Positions 59,161 to 64,000 of a DNA stretch of 64,000 nt are shown piece after piece. How positions within the stretch are numbered: position 1 is the first letter of the stretch; each line of letters starts with the position of its first letter. Made by a program: the position numbers and the translations under genes. A model generated the notes under the pieces. It did not search any database and had not been told where the DNA came from. It was given only the letters and a program-made list of their open reading frames with translations. This DNA is from Eledone cirrhosa (lineage: Eukaryota). The stretch lies in contig OZ024742.1 in assembly GCA_964016885.1 (NCBI GenBank), positions 214,148,001 to 214,212,000 on the forward strand, read 5' to 3'.

Positions 59161-59233
59161 TTTAATGTATATATATATATATATATATATACAATATATT
59201 AATAAATGGAAACTATATTTATAAACTATAATT

Positions 59234-59302
59234 ATTTTATTATATATATTTCAAGGGCAACCGATGCAAATTATGGTATGGTGCGCTTTCATCAGATAAA
59301 AT
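59234..59302 (-). ncRNA. Type I hammerhead, family C
   Basis: Reverse-complement copy of 56971-57039. Confidence 0.75.
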
Positions 59303-59403
59303 GCAAATTTGTTTTATAAATATTGATATACCCACATAAAGACAAGCTTAACGGTTCGCGGTTCGCTGATGAAAGCGCACCATAATTTACCTATATATAG
59401 ATA

Positions 59404-61237
59404 TCGTTTCTGAATTTGTTTAGCAAGATTCTTTATCTGAAAACGTGTGTTGAAACCGATATTGTTATACTTTGGGAGGGTCATGTTGCAATAAGAAACA
59501 CACGCACCAGTTGCTTTCACTCCAATTTATTATAATAAATTTATAAATTTAGGAATTTATAAATTTCCGGTTGTTTGATTGGTTCCACAACCAGATGATT
59601 GTTTATATATGGTCAAAGTTCTTTCGTCACACATTCTTCAGTGACTGGTGATTCTTTTCTTTGTTTTCGTGCCTCTCCTTTGTTCTGTCCTACGCCATCT
59701 TGTTTTTGTGTGTGTTGTGTGCTTCGTTTGCGCATGTGTTACATCTGGGTGTCTGTGTGTGTTTATATTTGTTTATTTATTTGTTTATTTACATGTTACT
59801 GGTTGGTTGTTTGTTCTATGTGCGTCTGTGTTTTCATTTTGTCCTTAATTTTAAGTTGTGTTGTTGCTGTTCCATTCATGTTTTTTATTTAATTTTGGTT
59901 GGAGTTCATTTATGTTTATTGCCTCTGTGATTTGTCTAAACATTGCGTCTTTTCTGTGTGTAGATTCTATTTTTATTTCTATGTTCTCTAATTTACCCTT
60001 ATGTTCTATTTTAGCATGTTGGTAGAGTACAGATGATTCTTTACTATCTTGAAGGTCTCGCAAGTGTTTATTTATCCGTTCCCCTATACTACGAGCTGTC
60101 TCACCTTTGTACACTATATTCTTATCTCTACATTGTCCTTCAGTATATCTTATGCTATATACTACATTTCTAGTTTTACAGTTAATATGGGGGCTTAATT
60201 TACAGATTATACATTTCTTGTCTATAAAGGGAGGTCTTTGAAAAGGGTATGTATTGCTAATAAGTGTTTTTATGGAGGTACCTGGTCTTTCTACTATCTT
60301 AATTTTGATTTTATTTTTATCTAGGGCCCTTCTAAATTTGTAAGCTAATTCACCTCTAGGGGTTGTATCGATGAACATTACACTCTGGTATTTATTGCTA
60401 TCATACCATGAGTTTATTCTATTAACCTTATTCCTACCTCTTTCTATTCTATTCCAAAATTTGCTCCTGTACAAGGGGCAAGTCCCATTTGTGTCATTAT
60501 TTACCATTTTGTCCCATTTGGTTCTGGCTCCTCTATATACTCTGATTTTATCTCTCTGATTGTAACCAGAGCTCTGTGTCTAGTACAGGTAATCGATGGT
60601 TGGGGTGTTTGCTTGGGTAGTCTATAGTAACTCTAATACTCTGGTGGATGGAGTTAGCTATTTGCTGGATGCTTTCCATGGTGTTTTTCTCTAATTCCTG
60701 ACTGTTCTCTAGTGGGGGTGCTTTTACTACGATGTTTATATCATCAACGTAGCGGGTGTACAATATCAGGGTTAAGGGGTTGCTGTCTTCTAATTGTTCT
60801 TTAAATTTAAGTTTAAGTCTATTGTCCCACCATACCATGACTAGGTTAGATATGTCACATGCAATGCTAACTCCAATGGCTGCTCCCTCCTCTTGGGCAT
60901 ATGTTTTTCCATTAAATTTGAACATATGTTCCTTAAGGGAACATGTAACTCATGCGCAATCTAAGCACACAACACACACACAAACAAGATGGCATAGGAC
61001 AGAACAAAGGAGAGGCACAAAAACAAAGAAAAGAATCCCCAGTTACTGAAGAGGTCACAGAATGTGTGACGAAAGAACTTTGACAATATATAAACAATCA
61101 TCTGGTTGTGGAACCAACCAACCAAACGGAAATTTATAAATTCCTAAATTTATGAATTTCTTATAATAAATTGAAGTGAAAGCAGCTGGTGCGTGTGTTT
61201 CTTATTGGCAACATGACCCTCCCAAAGTATAACAATA
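59404..61237 (-). mobile_element. PLE family A, 5'-truncated, with inverted partial pLTR (60940-61237)
   Basis: ORFs 60548-60925 (YTRYVDD) and 59851-60507; inverted pLTR carries an HHR at 61042-61084 (+); the HHR at 59612-59645 has lost one stem II arm. Confidence 0.92.
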
Positions 61238-61506
61238 TATATATAAACGGAAAAAATGAGACGAAATTTCATTTCTCACTATTAGTATGGCTGTTACTTA
61301 AATATAAGTATGTATACAGACGTACAGTAGTATCTATCTATATATATATACATACATGCACACATACATATATATATATATATGTACGTATGGATTTACC
61401 GAACATTTAATATAATGCTCGGTGTGTTTGTAAACAAACATCCCGAATTAAGCCGTACACTGTCTAGAAACCATCGTTGCTCATTTTTTCAACACTGACA
61501 AAAGAA

Positions 61507-61547
61507 CGCTGTACTAGTTTCAAGCTTATTAGCTATCGTCAGCAACG
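61507..61547 (-). ncRNA. Minimal type I hammerhead
   Basis: Minus strand CGTTG-CTGACGA-T-AGCT-AATA-AGCT-T-GAAA-CTAG-TA^CAGCG. Confidence 0.8.
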
Positions 61548-61777
61548 TATACCTTCCTGCCAGATGATTGAACGTCTGATGGTATATACTTTCCTTATGC
61601 ATACTAACGGCTGCTCATATTAACTTCTACCTTTGTTTTGTTTTCATTTCATTTTTACTTTTCTCCTATTTCTCAGTCACTTCTTACCTCGAGATTTCCC
61701 ATCTGCATTGTTGTGGCTTTCTAAACTACATATTTTACACATTTCACAATGCTTCAAGCAAACTTTAACACCCTCTT

Positions 61778-61826
<49 letters not shown>

Positions 61827-61834
61827 CTAATACC

Positions 61835-61869
<35 letters not shown>

Positions 61870-61910
61870 GATATTAAGAAATGCAAACTATATTTATAAA
61901 ACCATATTTG

Positions 61911-61971
61911 TTTCATTATACATATTTCAAGGACACCAAATTAAATTATGGTGTGCTTTCATCAGATAGAA
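61911..61971 (-). ncRNA. Type I hammerhead, family C variant
   Basis: Minus strand TTCTAT-CTGATGA-AAGCACACCA..TGGTGTCCTT-GAAA-TATGTA-TA^ATGAAA. Confidence 0.7.
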
Positions 61972-62141
61972 TATAATATAGAGCAGTTTTATAAATAAAT
62001 ATTGACATACCCTTAAAGAATGCAACCATTACTGTTGGAAGCTCCCGGATAGTCAATTACTCCAATTATTTGTTGAGTGCTTTATATCAGTTATAAAAAT
62101 ATTTACTTGTTGCATCCCAACAATTTAAATAGAACTTTTAC

Positions 62142-63405
<1,264 letters not shown>

Positions 63406-63787
63406 ATATTAGGCACAGAACGGAAACCTGTTGATAACGTGAGTCCGGGTTCGTTCTTCAAATACCACAAACTTACATATTGCGGTAGTCGGATTGTTGA
63501 TTTTGGATTCATAGAAACCAATCGAGGTTATTGTATAATATCTCTCGATACGGTCCATGTTGTTATTTAACCTGATTGTATTTTCGTTGTCGTGGTGGCT
63601 TCTGTGGTGTTGTTCCCTAACCAGAGTTTTTATTTTGTCATGCTTTTTAATATATGTTTCTTACTCTACGGTGTAACCTATCGATTTATGGATATATTCT
63701 TATAGAGTGCTTAATGCAAATCCGAATTGTTACTTCGCGGATATTGGCCGCCGACTGTCTCATAACTTCGATTTTAACATTCCACCC

Positions 63788-63865
<78 letters not shown>

Positions 63866-64000
63866 GGTGGTTGGAATGAAACTCTCTTTTGGAAATTACT
63901 TATAACTTTTGGCCTACTGTGACCACTGCGGACAACATCCATGACCAACATACATTCATGCAAGGTGGAGTCCCACGTCATAATATACACACTGTCTGTT

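Overview
AT-rich, repeat-saturated eukaryotic (animal) DNA. An octopod cephalopod is plausible from the SINE and the microsatellite load, but that is an inference. I found no convincing host protein-coding gene, and most listed ORFs are microsatellite translations. The first ~23 kb is a graveyard of a tRNA-type SINE and decayed non-LTR elements (RTE-, Tx1-, R4-like); a CRE-like remnant lies near 36 kb. From ~23 kb on, Penelope-like elements (PLEs; RT + C-terminal GIY-YIG) and their non-coding derivatives are piled into (TA)n tracts. Reading for secondary structure by eye gives roughly 20 type I hammerhead ribozyme (HHR) motifs in several unrelated sequence families. Main findings: (i) a 3 x 615-bp tandem array whose unit carries a non-canonical HHR (core UUGACAA, a U3-A8 swap of the C3-G8 pair) with very long stems II and III; (ii) a 310-bp tandem and fold-back array with a minimal HHR per unit; (iii) further U3-A8 HHRs in unrelated elements. 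Together these look like a system of non-coding, self-cleaving, retrozyme-like RNAs (possible circRNAs) mobilised by PLEs into (TA)n. All structures were paired manually and none has been tested by software or experiment.
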